Source: Verrucomicrobiales bacterium
GTDB lineage: Bacteria; Verrucomicrobiota; Verrucomicrobiia; Limisphaerales; CAIMTB01
Direction: 5' to 3'
DNA length: 59,570 nucleotides
Assembly: GCA_020845805.1 (NCBI GenBank)
Contig: JADLFD010000416.1
Location: forward strand, 1 to 59,570
In this document: positions 1-7,102 of the stretch, piece by piece
Layout of the letters: each line of letters starts with the position of its first letter
Position numbering within the stretch: the first letter of the stretch is position 1
Notes under the pieces: model-generated
Databases searched by the model: none
What the model was told of the DNA's origin: nothing
What the model saw: the letters and a program-made list of their open reading frames with translations, nothing else
Position numbers and translations under genes: made by a program

Positions 1-1055
1 AGGAGTTCGGCGGCGGTATTGGCTTCGTAGGCGATGCCCTTGTTGGCCAGCGGGCTGCGCGCGGCGAGCACCACGGGTTTGCCGGCGAGGACGGCCTCGA
101 ACTGCGTGGTGCTGGTCATGGAAACCACGGCTTCGGCGGCTTCGATGAGCACCAGGGAGGGGACATCGCGCACGATGCGGATACGGCCGTTGTCCCAGCG
201 GGAGTAATCGGTCTTGTCCTGCGGATGCGGTTTGACCAGCAAGCGACAGTCGGGTTCCTGGGAGACCACGCGCGAGAGTTCGCGGATGAGGTCGGCCGAG
301 GTCCCGATGCCGGGAGCGTGGATACGGGAGCCGAGATAGGAGTGGGGCACGAGGCCGGCGGCGGGGTCGTGCTGGAGCAGCGCGACGAGCAGGCGGCGGC
401 CATCGGGGTTATAGCGTTGGCGCAGGGCGGCGAGGTCGGAATCCGCCACGGGGGTGGGACGTGCGGCGGCTTGCGCGGCGGCAAAGAGATCAGGGCTGGC
501 GGCGCCGGAAGCGGCGCGACGCAGGGTGAAGCTCCAGTTGAGTTCGGAATGTCCGCCCTGGCCGGCCATTTCGATCATGAGGGTCTGGGGCAGGAGGCCG
601 CGCTCGATTACCCAGGTGGGGCGCCCTTGTTGGAGGGCGATTTGCTGCAGGACCACGCTCTGGGGGAGGGAGGAACCCCAGGTGAGGACTGCGGCGGGTT
701 GCAGCTCGTTGAGGAGCGTGCGGAAGACATGTTGTGCCGCGGCGATGCCCTGGAAGAACTCGGCCAGCTCGAGGTTCTCCTGTCCCGACCAGTGACGGTC
801 GCGGGCGGCGAGCGCGTGGGCCAGCGGTTCCTCGAGGGTGACGGTCGAGGTGGGGACGGTATAGGCCCGGGCGAAGCCGTGGAGCCAGAGGGGAACCTGG
901 ATGACGGGTAACTCGGAAAGGGCGGGAGCCTGGGCGCTGAGGAGCACGAGGTCGTGTCCCTGGCGCGCGAGTTCATCTCGGAATCGCAGCCACCAGCGGC
1001 AGGTTGGTTCGTCGAGGGGCAGGAAACACGAAGCGAGGCAGAGGCGGGCGCTCAT
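1..1055 (-). CDS. KpsS/KpsC (Capsule_synth)-like glycosyltransferase, C-terminus beyond window edge
   Basis: This ORF is absent from the ORF track because it has no stop in the window. My translation from the ATG at 1055 on the minus strand gives an open 351-codon frame, MSARLCLASCFLPLDEPTCRWW...LLVKPHPQDKTDY...VVSMTSTTQFEAVLAGKPVV. The KPHPQD (HP) motif and the following TSTxxFEA segment resemble capsule/beta-Kdo-type transferases. Confidence 0.55.
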   Translation of the reverse strand, partial: MSARLCLASCFLPLDEPTCRWWLRFRDELARQGHDLVLLSAQAPALSELPVIQVPLWLHGFARAYTVPTSTVTLEEPLAHALAARDRHWSGQENLELAEFFQGIAAAQHVFRTLLNELQPAAVLTWGSSLPQSVVLQQIALQQGRPTWVIERGLLPQTLMIEMAGQGGHSELNWSFTLRRAASGAASPDLFAAAQAAARPTPVADSDLAALRQRYNPDGRRLLVALLQHDPAAGLVPHSYLGSRIHAPGIGTSADLIRELSRVVSQEPDCRLLVKPHPQDKTDYSRWDNGRIRIVRDVPSLVLIEAAEAVVSMTSTTQFEAVLAGKPVVLAARSPLANKGIAYEANTAAEL

Positions 1056-1476
1056 GACAACTTGGAGGGATGCGGACTCTGGGGGGCGGGATGGGGGAAA
1101 GGGGTTGGGATCAGGGGCGGCGGGGTTACGCGCCTGGCGAGGGAGAGGCGGGGGGCACGGCGGCGGGAGCGGCCGGCGTGGACCACGACCACGGGCTGCG
1201 CGGATGAGGGGTCAAAGGGCAGGGAAGTGGCGCGGCCGGACCCGAGGAACGAGGAAGCGCACGGGCATCGCACCGGGGGGCGACGCGCCGTGCGTTCGTG
1301 GAAGGCGCCGGGGGAGAGGCGGGTCCGGAGGCCGGGACCGACGAGGGGGAGTGGGAGGGGATCGGGGGGCGGGAGGCCGGGGGCAGGAGCCCGGCTTCCG
1401 AAATCTGCGCCGGCTGGTCATGACGCGGCGCGCCGTTACCGATCGTTTCCATAGTCCCTCCGTGGTCCCTGGGTCA

Positions 1477-1501
1477 GTCCGGGCGAGCGAATCGCCGGGA
1501 C
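1477..1501 (-). terminator. Hairpin immediately after flagellin stop (possible terminator or mRNA-stabilising stem)
   Basis: gtccgggcgagcgaatcgccgggac forms a 10-bp stem with one mismatch and a 5-nt loop, 3 nt after the stop codon. No U-tract follows on the minus strand. Confidence 0.3.
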
Positions 1502-1504
1502 TCC

Positions 1505-2314
1505 TTACTGCAGCAGGCGTAGGGCGCTCTGCGGCATGGAGTTGGCTTGCGCGAGCATGGCGGTGCCGGATTGGACAAGGATGTTGTAGCGCGCGTACTG
1601 CGTGCTTTCCTCGGCCACATCGACGTCCTGGATGCGCGAGCTGGCGGCCATGAGATTCTCCTTGTTGATCTGGAGCTGCTCGGACGTGAAGTTGAGCCGT
1701 GACTGGTAGGCGCCGATGGTGGCGCGGTCGGCGGCGAGCGTGTTGATGGCGTCCTTGACGGAAGCGAGGGCGGTGGCGGCTCCGGTGGTGGTGGAGATCG
1801 TGGTGCCGGAGTCAATGGCGGTGCCGTAGACGCTGGCGCTGAGATCGATGCCGACCATGTCAAAGGAGTTGCCCTCGGAGTCGATGGTCACGCTGAGCGT
1901 GGCGCCGTCGAAAAGGCTCACCCCGTTGAACTCCTTGTTGGCGGTGTTCTCGATGTAGGACTGGATCTGCGCGAACTCCGTCTGGTAGAGCGCGCGGTCG
2001 GCGTCGCCCTTGGTGACGTCCTGGGAGAGGATGGAGAGCTCGCTCATGCGGTCGAGCGCCTTGGCGATCTTCTTGAGATAGCCATCCTGGGTCTGCGTGA
2101 AGGAGACCGCATTGCCGACGTTGGACTTGGCGGCGGCGAGGCGCTGGACCTGGGCGTCGAGGCGCGAAGCGACCGCGAGGCCGGCAGCGTCGTCGGCCGG
2201 GTTGGTAATCTTGGAGCCCGAGCTCAGCCGATTGAGGGATCGGGCGAGCATCGAGGTGCTCGCGGCGAGCGTCGATGCCGCGGCCTGGGCCTGGATGTTG
2301 GTGTTGATGACCAT
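1505..2314 (-). CDS. fliC: Flagellin (short, D0/D1-only type)
   Basis: 269 aa. The N-terminus MVINTNIQAQ...LSSGSKITNPADDAAGLAV and the C-terminus QSRLNFT...AQANSMPQSALRLLQ are canonical flagellin ends. The centre is Ser/Thr-rich. The start lies 9 nt after the csrA stop, preceded by aagagg. Confidence 0.95.
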   Translation of the reverse strand: MVINTNIQAQAAASTLAASTSMLARSLNRLSSGSKITNPADDAAGLAVASRLDAQVQRLAAAKSNVGNAVSFTQTQDGYLKKIAKALDRMSELSILSQDVTKGDADRALYQTEFAQIQSYIENTANKEFNGVSLFDGATLSVTIDSEGNSFDMVGIDLSASVYGTAIDSGTTISTTTGAATALASVKDAINTLAADRATIGAYQSRLNFTSEQLQINKENLMAASSRIQDVDVAEESTQYARYNILVQSGTAMLAQANSMPQSALRLLQ

Positions 2315-2323
2315 AAGTACCTC

Positions 2324-2620
2324 TTAGTGTTGACTTCCGATGTCTGCACCGCAGGGGGCGCCGTTGTTCACATGACTGCTTTCCGGCCTCCCGGCGGGGG
2401 CCGCTTCCCGGTTGAGCCGCGGCAGCTTGGGGCGGACCTGATGGAGGGCCTCCCGGTTGCTGCGTTGGATTTCCTCGTACACCTCCTGCCGGTGCACGGG
2501 CACGTCCATGGGTGCCTGGATGCCCAGGCGCACATGGTCGCCGTCGATTTTGACGACTTTCACCGTGATCTGTCCGTCGATCACGACGCTCTCATTGATC
2601 TTGCGAGAAAGGACGAGCAT
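2324..2620 (-). CDS. csrA: Carbon storage regulator CsrA (FliW-partnered type, long C-terminal tail)
   Basis: MLVLSRKINESVVIDGQITVKVVKIDGDHVRLGIQAPMDVPVHRQEVYEEI is the CsrA core. I chose the internal ATG at 2620 of track ORF 2324..3118. The product is 98 aa, with about 40 aa beyond the core. Confidence 0.9.
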   Translation of the reverse strand: MLVLSRKINESVVIDGQITVKVVKIDGDHVRLGIQAPMDVPVHRQEVYEEIQRSNREALHQVRPKLPRLNREAAPAGRPESSHVNNGAPCGADIGSQH

Positions 2621-2637
2621 GGCGGCAGCGGTTGAGG

Positions 2638-3078
2638 CTAGAGGGCCGCGGGCAGGGGATGCTGAAGGGGGAAACGCGAGGCGTTCAGGGGGATGACCTG
2701 TTTGCCGATGAAAGTACGGCGATTGATCACGATCGGCCCCTTGAGGTTCATGGTGGGCCGGCCGCCGGCGCGCAGGGTGACGATGTTCAGCACCAGGGCG
2801 TCGTCGGGATCCTGCAGTCGGAGGAACTGGACGTCCTCGTCCGACAGGTTCGGGTGGTAGTCCGCCACGATGCTGGCGGGTTCGACGACGACGAAGGAGT
2901 GTCGCGGTGCGTCCACCATCTGCAGCCACTGAAAGGGCGCCTCTTCGGCGGAGGCGGTCAGCGTGAACTGCTTGATGGACTCGAAGCCCAGAAGGCCCAG
3001 CGGAAGTTCGATCGAGCACTCTTTGCTGCTGCCCGCTTCCGGCGCGTCCGTGATTGCCGTGATTTCCGTGGTTGTCAT
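2638..3078 (-). CDS. fliW: Flagellar assembly factor FliW
   Basis: 146 aa. LPLGLLGFESIKQFTL...PFQWLQ...FVVVEP...NLKGPIVIN is the FliW signature. The gene lies directly upstream of csrA. Confidence 0.9.
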   Translation of the reverse strand: MTTTEITAITDAPEAGSSKECSIELPLGLLGFESIKQFTLTASAEEAPFQWLQMVDAPRHSFVVVEPASIVADYHPNLSDEDVQFLRLQDPDDALVLNIVTLRAGGRPTMNLKGPIVINRRTFIGKQVIPLNASRFPLQHPLPAAL

Positions 3079-3102
3079 ACCTGTTTTGGCGAGGCCGAAC
3101 TA

Positions 3103-3117
3103 GCAATGGGCGTGCCA
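3103..3117 (-). promoter_or_regulatory. Sigma-54 (-24/-12) promoter for fliW-csrA-flagellin
   Basis: The minus strand reads TTGGCACGCCCATTGCT, an exact match to TGGCACG-N4-TTGCW. The -12 GC lies about 25 nt upstream of the fliW ATG at 3078. Confidence 0.7.
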
Positions 3118-3380
3118 AGGGTTGTGAGGGCTGATTTTCGGCGTTCCAAGGGCCTCGCGAGGAAGGGGTTGAAGTCTGAAAGGCAGGTCCTGCCCCTCCG
3201 GGCCTCGAGGAGCGGCGGGTCTAGGCAAAATCCTCCAGAACGCCGTTCGTCCCGGCGAGAATTGCCGCACCCGGGGCCGCCGAGAGGGCGGTGGGCGGGA
3301 AGCCGGCAGCTCGTGCCGGGAGGAGGAGACCAGGAGGATCCGGGGAACGGGGAGGATCTCGCCGAAGTCGCGTTAAACCG

Positions 3381-3408
3381 TAAAGGGAAGGGTGCTTCCT
3401 GCCGATCT
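3381..3408 (+). promoter_or_regulatory. Sigma-28 (FliA) promoter upstream of cheR
   Basis: TAAAGGGA-agggtgcttcct-GCCGATCT, i.e. TAAA-N16-GCCGAT. It sits 88 nt upstream of the cheR ATG. Confidence 0.6.
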
Positions 3409-3495
3409 TCGACTGGCAAGGAGAGTGCGTTCCAGGAATGAGCCCAACAGGCTCCCGGGGCCAGTCGAACGCCTTTCTATCCGGCCACCGCACCT

Positions 3496-4317
3496 ATGCC
3501 GCAACTCATCGACGAGGCAGCCGACTTCGATTTCATCATCGCGCTCGTCTACGACCGGTCGCGCATCCGTCTGCATGACGGGAAGCAGGCGCTGATCCGG
3601 GCGCGGTTGGGCAAGCGCATGCGTTGCCACGGGTTCGAGTCGTTCCATGAGTATTGCGAGTTCCTGCGTTCCCGCGCGGACGAGGAGGAGATCACCCATG
3701 TGGTGGACGCGTTGGCCACGAACTTCACGGGCTTCCTGCGCGAGCGGGATCATTTCGATTTTCTCGTGGGCGAGGCGCTGCCCAAGTTGCTGGGGAGCAG
3801 CCGCCGGCGCATGAATGTCTGGAGTGCGGCCTGCGCCACCGGCGAGGAGCCGTATACCGTGGCCTTCTTTCTCGCGGAGCACTATCCGATCACGGAGGGA
3901 TGGGATTGGCAGATTTTGGCCACCGATATCTCCACCAAGGCCCTGGGCAAGGCGACCGCGGGTGTCTACCCGGACGATCGCATGACCGGGGTGCCCCCCG
4001 ACTGGGTGCGGAGGCATTTCCAGCGTGGGCACGGGGATTGGACGGGGCACTACCGGGTGAAGGCCGCGCTGCGCGAGCGCGTGCGGTTTGAACAGATCAA
4101 CCTGCTGGGAGCCTACGAGGTCGACCGCGAGTTCGAGGTGATCTTCTGCCGCAACGTGATGATCTATTTTGATCGGAGCACGCAGGAGCAGTTGGTGAGA
4201 CATCTGTCGAGGTATCTGGTGCCGAAGGGATACCTGCTGACCGGCCATTCCGAGAGCCTGAGTGGGCTCTCGGTCGGGCTTCGGTGCCTCCGTCCGAGTG
4301 TGTATCAGAAGAGCTAG
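3496..4317 (+). CDS. cheR: Chemotaxis protein methyltransferase CheR
   Basis: 273 aa. The sequence has ATNFTGFLRE, VWSAACATGEEPYT and IFCRNVMIYFD SAM-methyltransferase motifs. Confidence 0.93.
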   Translation: MPQLIDEAADFDFIIALVYDRSRIRLHDGKQALIRARLGKRMRCHGFESFHEYCEFLRSRADEEEITHVVDALATNFTGFLRERDHFDFLVGEALPKLLGSSRRRMNVWSAACATGEEPYTVAFFLAEHYPITEGWDWQILATDISTKALGKATAGVYPDDRMTGVPPDWVRRHFQRGHGDWTGHYRVKAALRERVRFEQINLLGAYEVDREFEVIFCRNVMIYFDRSTQEQLVRHLSRYLVPKGYLLTGHSESLSGLSVGLRCLRPSVYQKS

Positions 4318-4334
4318 AGAGCAGAGAGAGCCGT

Positions 4335-4859
4335 ATGCCGTCGCCGCAGCTAGTCGGATTTGAACATCGGGTGATTGTCGGCATCGCCGACCTGGCGGTG
4401 ACCAACAACCGTTCCGCCACGCTCACGACCTATTCGCTGGGGTCGTGTCTGGCGGTGGCGATCTATGATCCGGTGATCCGTTGCGGCGGGCTGCTGCACG
4501 CGATGCTGCCGGATTCCTCCATCGACCCGGTGAAGGCGGCCAAGCAGCCGGGCATGTTCATCGAAACAGGCGTCGCCGCGCTGTTCCGCGCCGCGTACCA
4601 GTTTGGTGCGGAGAAGATGCGCATGCGCATCGCCGTGGCCGGGGGCGGCCAGATCATGGACAACAGCGGCTTTTTCAACATCGGCAAGCGCAACTACGAG
4701 GCGCTGATGGCGCTGTTTCAGAAGCACGGGCTTCGCGTCGCGGCCGAGCAGGTGGGTGGTCTCGTAAACCGGACGGTGTACCTCAACGTTGCCTCGGGGG
4801 AGGTGAGACTGAAGGTCTCCGGACAAGCCTCCGAAACGGTACTCCTATGCGGCATCTAG
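4335..4859 (+). CDS. cheD: Chemoreceptor glutamine deamidase CheD
   Basis: SLGSCLAVAIYDP...GGLLHAMLPDS is the CheD catalytic Cys/His region. I chose the internal ATG at 4335, after the cheR stop. Confidence 0.9.
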   Translation: MPSPQLVGFEHRVIVGIADLAVTNNRSATLTTYSLGSCLAVAIYDPVIRCGGLLHAMLPDSSIDPVKAAKQPGMFIETGVAALFRAAYQFGAEKMRMRIAVAGGGQIMDNSGFFNIGKRNYEALMALFQKHGLRVAAEQVGGLVNRTVYLNVASGEVRLKVSGQASETVLLCGI

Positions 4860-5716
4860 ACGACTACCTGGACAAGGTCTCCAACCTGCCGCCGGCACCG
4901 CGGGTGCTGACGGAACTGCTCACGCTGCTGGGACGCGACGACGTCGACAGCGAGAAGATCGTGTCGATCATTGCGTTGGATCCGGGTTTGACGGCCAGCG
5001 TGCTGCAGCTGGCGAACAGCGCGCTCCTGGCGGCCGCCCGGCCGGCGGAGGAACTGAGCGAGGCGGTGGCGCGGCTCGGGTTCAACCAGGTGTTCCAGTT
5101 GGTGGCGGCGCTGGTCGGCGGTTCCGGTATGGCCCCGCCGCAGCCCGGCTACGGCATCGATTCCGGCGAACTCTGGCGTCACTCCGTCACGGTGGCGGTG
5201 GCGGCGCAGTTGGTGGCCGAGGAGGTCGGCGATGCCCCGGCGATCGTGTACACGGCTGCGTTGCTGCACGACATCGGCAAGATCGTCCTTAGCGAGACTC
5301 TGGTGCAGTCCTACGCCGCCCTGGTGGCTGACACCGAGCAGCAACAATTGCCGTTGATCGAAGCGGAGCGTCGGGTGCTGGGGACGGACCACGCCGAGAT
5401 CGGGGGACGTCTGCTCACCCGGTGGAAGATGCCGGCCGGGGTGGTGGCGGCGGTCACTTATCACCACGCGCCGCAGGAGGCGGGAACCCACGCACGACTG
5501 GCCGCGCACGTGTATGTCGGCAACATGCTGGCGCACATGATGGGCTATGGCTGCGGCCATGTTCCCTTCGCCATCCATGGGCGTTCCGAGGCCATGCGGA
5601 TCCTGGGGCTGGGCGAGGAATCTTTGCCGAAATTCATGATCGCGACCTTTGAGAAGCTGGGTTTCGTCGAGGCCCTCTTCGGCGCGGTCTCGAAATCGAA
5701 GGCGGCGAAACGGTAG
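4847..5716 (+). CDS. HDOD domain signalling protein
   Basis: The sequence has LPPAPRVLTELLTLL...IVSIIALDPGLTASVLQLANSA and LLHDIGKIVL...LGTDHAEIGG. The ATG at 4847 overlaps the cheD 3' end. Confidence 0.8.
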   Translation: MRHLDDYLDKVSNLPPAPRVLTELLTLLGRDDVDSEKIVSIIALDPGLTASVLQLANSALLAAARPAEELSEAVARLGFNQVFQLVAALVGGSGMAPPQPGYGIDSGELWRHSVTVAVAAQLVAEEVGDAPAIVYTAALLHDIGKIVLSETLVQSYAALVADTEQQQLPLIEAERRVLGTDHAEIGGRLLTRWKMPAGVVAAVTYHHAPQEAGTHARLAAHVYVGNMLAHMMGYGCGHVPFAIHGRSEAMRILGLGEESLPKFMIATFEKLGFVEALFGAVSKSKAAKR

Positions 5717-5743
5717 CCGTTGCGCCATCCCGGAAGGCCTGCC

Positions 5744-6901
5744 ATGTCCCGCATCCGAACCCTCATCGTCGACGACTCGGCCCTCGTTCGAAAGATCCTG
5801 GTCGATCACCTCTCCCGCGACCCCGAGATCGAAGTGGTCGGGACGGCGATAGATCCGTATGTGGCCCGGGACAAGATTCTCGCGCTGGACCCGGACGTCA
5901 TCACGCTCGACATCGAGATGCCGCGGATGGACGGGCTGACATTTCTGAAACTGATCATGAAACACCGGCCGATGCCGGTGGTGATCATGAGTTCGCTCAC
6001 CAGTTCCGGTTCGGCCCAGGCCATGGAGGCATTGCAGGCGGGGGCGGTGGATGTCGTGGGCAAGCCCTCGGGCTCGTTCAGCGTGGCCGACGCGGGAGAG
6101 ATGATCGCGAAGATCAAGGCGGCGGCGTTCTCGCGTTATCGTCGCCGGCCGGGCGTTCCGTCCGCGCCTGTGGTGTCCTTGCCCCGTGCCGAAGCGGTGC
6201 CGGCGCCGAGTGCCGCGGCTGCGTCGCGAGCGGTCGCGCCGCCCGGGCCGCGCGTGATCAAGCCCGTCCCTACGGGATCGGGGTGCCGGTTCCAGGCGCG
6301 CAGCCTGATCGTGATGGGAGCCTCGACGGGCGGGACCGAGGCGCTCAAGTCGGTGCTCAGCCGCCTGCCGGGCAACATGCCGGGCATATGCGTGGTACAG
6401 CACATTCCCTCCTATTTTTCCGCGGCCTTTGCCGAGCGTCTCAACCAGTGCTGCCGCATGGAAGTGCGCGAAGCGCAGCGCGGCGACGAGCTGCGTCCCG
6501 GCCTCGTACTCGTGGCTCCCGGCGGACAGCACATGCTGCTCCGATGGAACGGCAGTCTCTACATTGTCGATCTCAACGCCGGTCCGCCGGTGCATCACCA
6601 GCGTCCCGCGGTGGATGTGCTGTTTGATTCCGCCTCCAAGTCGGGGGGGGGCTCTTCGACCCTGGCGATCCTGCTCACCGGCATGGGGGCCGACGGCGCC
6701 GCGGGGATGCTACGGCTGCGCGAGGCGGGGGCGGAAACGATCGCCCAGGATGAGCAGAGCAGTGTCGTGTTCGGGATGCCACGCGAGGCGATCCGAATGG
6801 GTGCGGCGCGCGAAGTGCTGTCGCTCGATCAGATGCCGCAGCGCATGGAGCGTTTCGCGGAGCGCGTGACGGCGCGTCCGCTGGCCGTGGCGGCGGTCTG
6901 A
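5744..6901 (+). CDS. cheB: Chemotaxis response regulator protein-glutamate methylesterase CheB
   Basis: The N-terminal REC domain (LIVDDSALVRK...DVITLDIEMPRMDG) is followed by a long Pro/Ala linker. The esterase domain has GASTGGTEAL, HMLL and LTGMGADG. Confidence 0.93.
   Translation: MSRIRTLIVDDSALVRKILVDHLSRDPEIEVVGTAIDPYVARDKILALDPDVITLDIEMPRMDGLTFLKLIMKHRPMPVVIMSSLTSSGSAQAMEALQAGAVDVVGKPSGSFSVADAGEMIAKIKAAAFSRYRRRPGVPSAPVVSLPRAEAVPAPSAAAASRAVAPPGPRVIKPVPTGSGCRFQARSLIVMGASTGGTEALKSVLSRLPGNMPGICVVQHIPSYFSAAFAERLNQCCRMEVREAQRGDELRPGLVLVAPGGQHMLLRWNGSLYIVDLNAGPPVHHQRPAVDVLFDSASKSGGGSSTLAILLTGMGADGAAGMLRLREAGAETIAQDEQSSVVFGMPREAIRMGAAREVLSLDQMPQRMERFAERVTARPLAVAAV
6643..6651 (+). repeat. G9 homopolymer inside cheB
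   Basis: The sequence tcg ggg ggg ggc encodes SGGG. Nine consecutive G counted. Confidence 0.9.
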
Positions 6902-6941
6902 AGGTATCTCGCGTCCGATCGAGACAGTCTCTCAAGTGATC

Positions 6942-6968
6942 GGGGTGGGTGCCGATGAATGGGATGTC
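6942..6968 (+). promoter_or_regulatory. Sigma-28 promoter for second flagellin
   Basis: TCAAGTGA-tcggggtgggt-GCCGATGA, compared with the consensus TAAAGTTT-N11-GCCGATAA. It leaves a leader of about 135 nt. Confidence 0.6.
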
Positions 6969-7041
6969 GCAAGACAATGGCGGTTGGCGGCCAGTAAGGG
7001 CCAACGGGGCAGAAGGTGCGCACCCCAAATAATGATGCACC

Positions 7042-7060
7042 CGCGGCATGGAATGCCGCG
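7042..7060 (+). promoter_or_regulatory. Predicted CsrA-binding hairpin (GGA in loop) in flagellin leader
   Basis: cgcggcat-GGA-atgccgcg forms a perfect 8-bp stem that presents GGA in the loop. Confidence 0.5.
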
Positions 7061-7087
7061 CGTTCAAATCCCCGCAAGGGGTGACTC

Positions 7088-7097
7088 AAGGAAGGAG
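7088..7097 (+). promoter_or_regulatory. Shine-Dalgarno with tandem GGA (second predicted CsrA site)
   Basis: The sequence aaGGAaGGAg ends 5 nt before the ATG at 7103. Confidence 0.5.
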
Positions 7098-7102
7098 TCT
7101 TT

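Noticed and set aside
1126-1452. A 108-aa Pro-rich ORF on the minus strand with GGAGGG 3 nt before its ATG, downstream of flagellin 1.
   Set aside because: The sequence is low complexity, has no recognisable domain or export signal, and is produced automatically by the C-rich strand composition of this spacer. I kept it as an open question in the findings rather than calling it a feature.
3079-3200. A sigma-28 promoter for fliW on the minus strand (GCCGAAAA from ttttcggc at about 3136).
   Set aside because: There is no TAAA-like -35 at the required distance. A perfect sigma-54 promoter already explains fliW transcription.
4856-6598. Long ORFs antisense or out of frame to recognised genes. 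Examples on the minus strand are 4856..6598, 11654..13399, 16402..17832, 22723..24201, 26477..28078, 33312..35117, 36593..38716, 43325..44947, 45708..47381 and 55640..57004. Plus-strand examples are 23837..25645, 12226..13776 and 45010..45894.
   Set aside because: Their translations are Arg/Pro/Gly/His-rich low complexity with no family motifs. Each overlaps a frame that carries unmistakable flagellar or chemotaxis signatures. Long stop-free alternative frames are expected in DNA this GC-rich.
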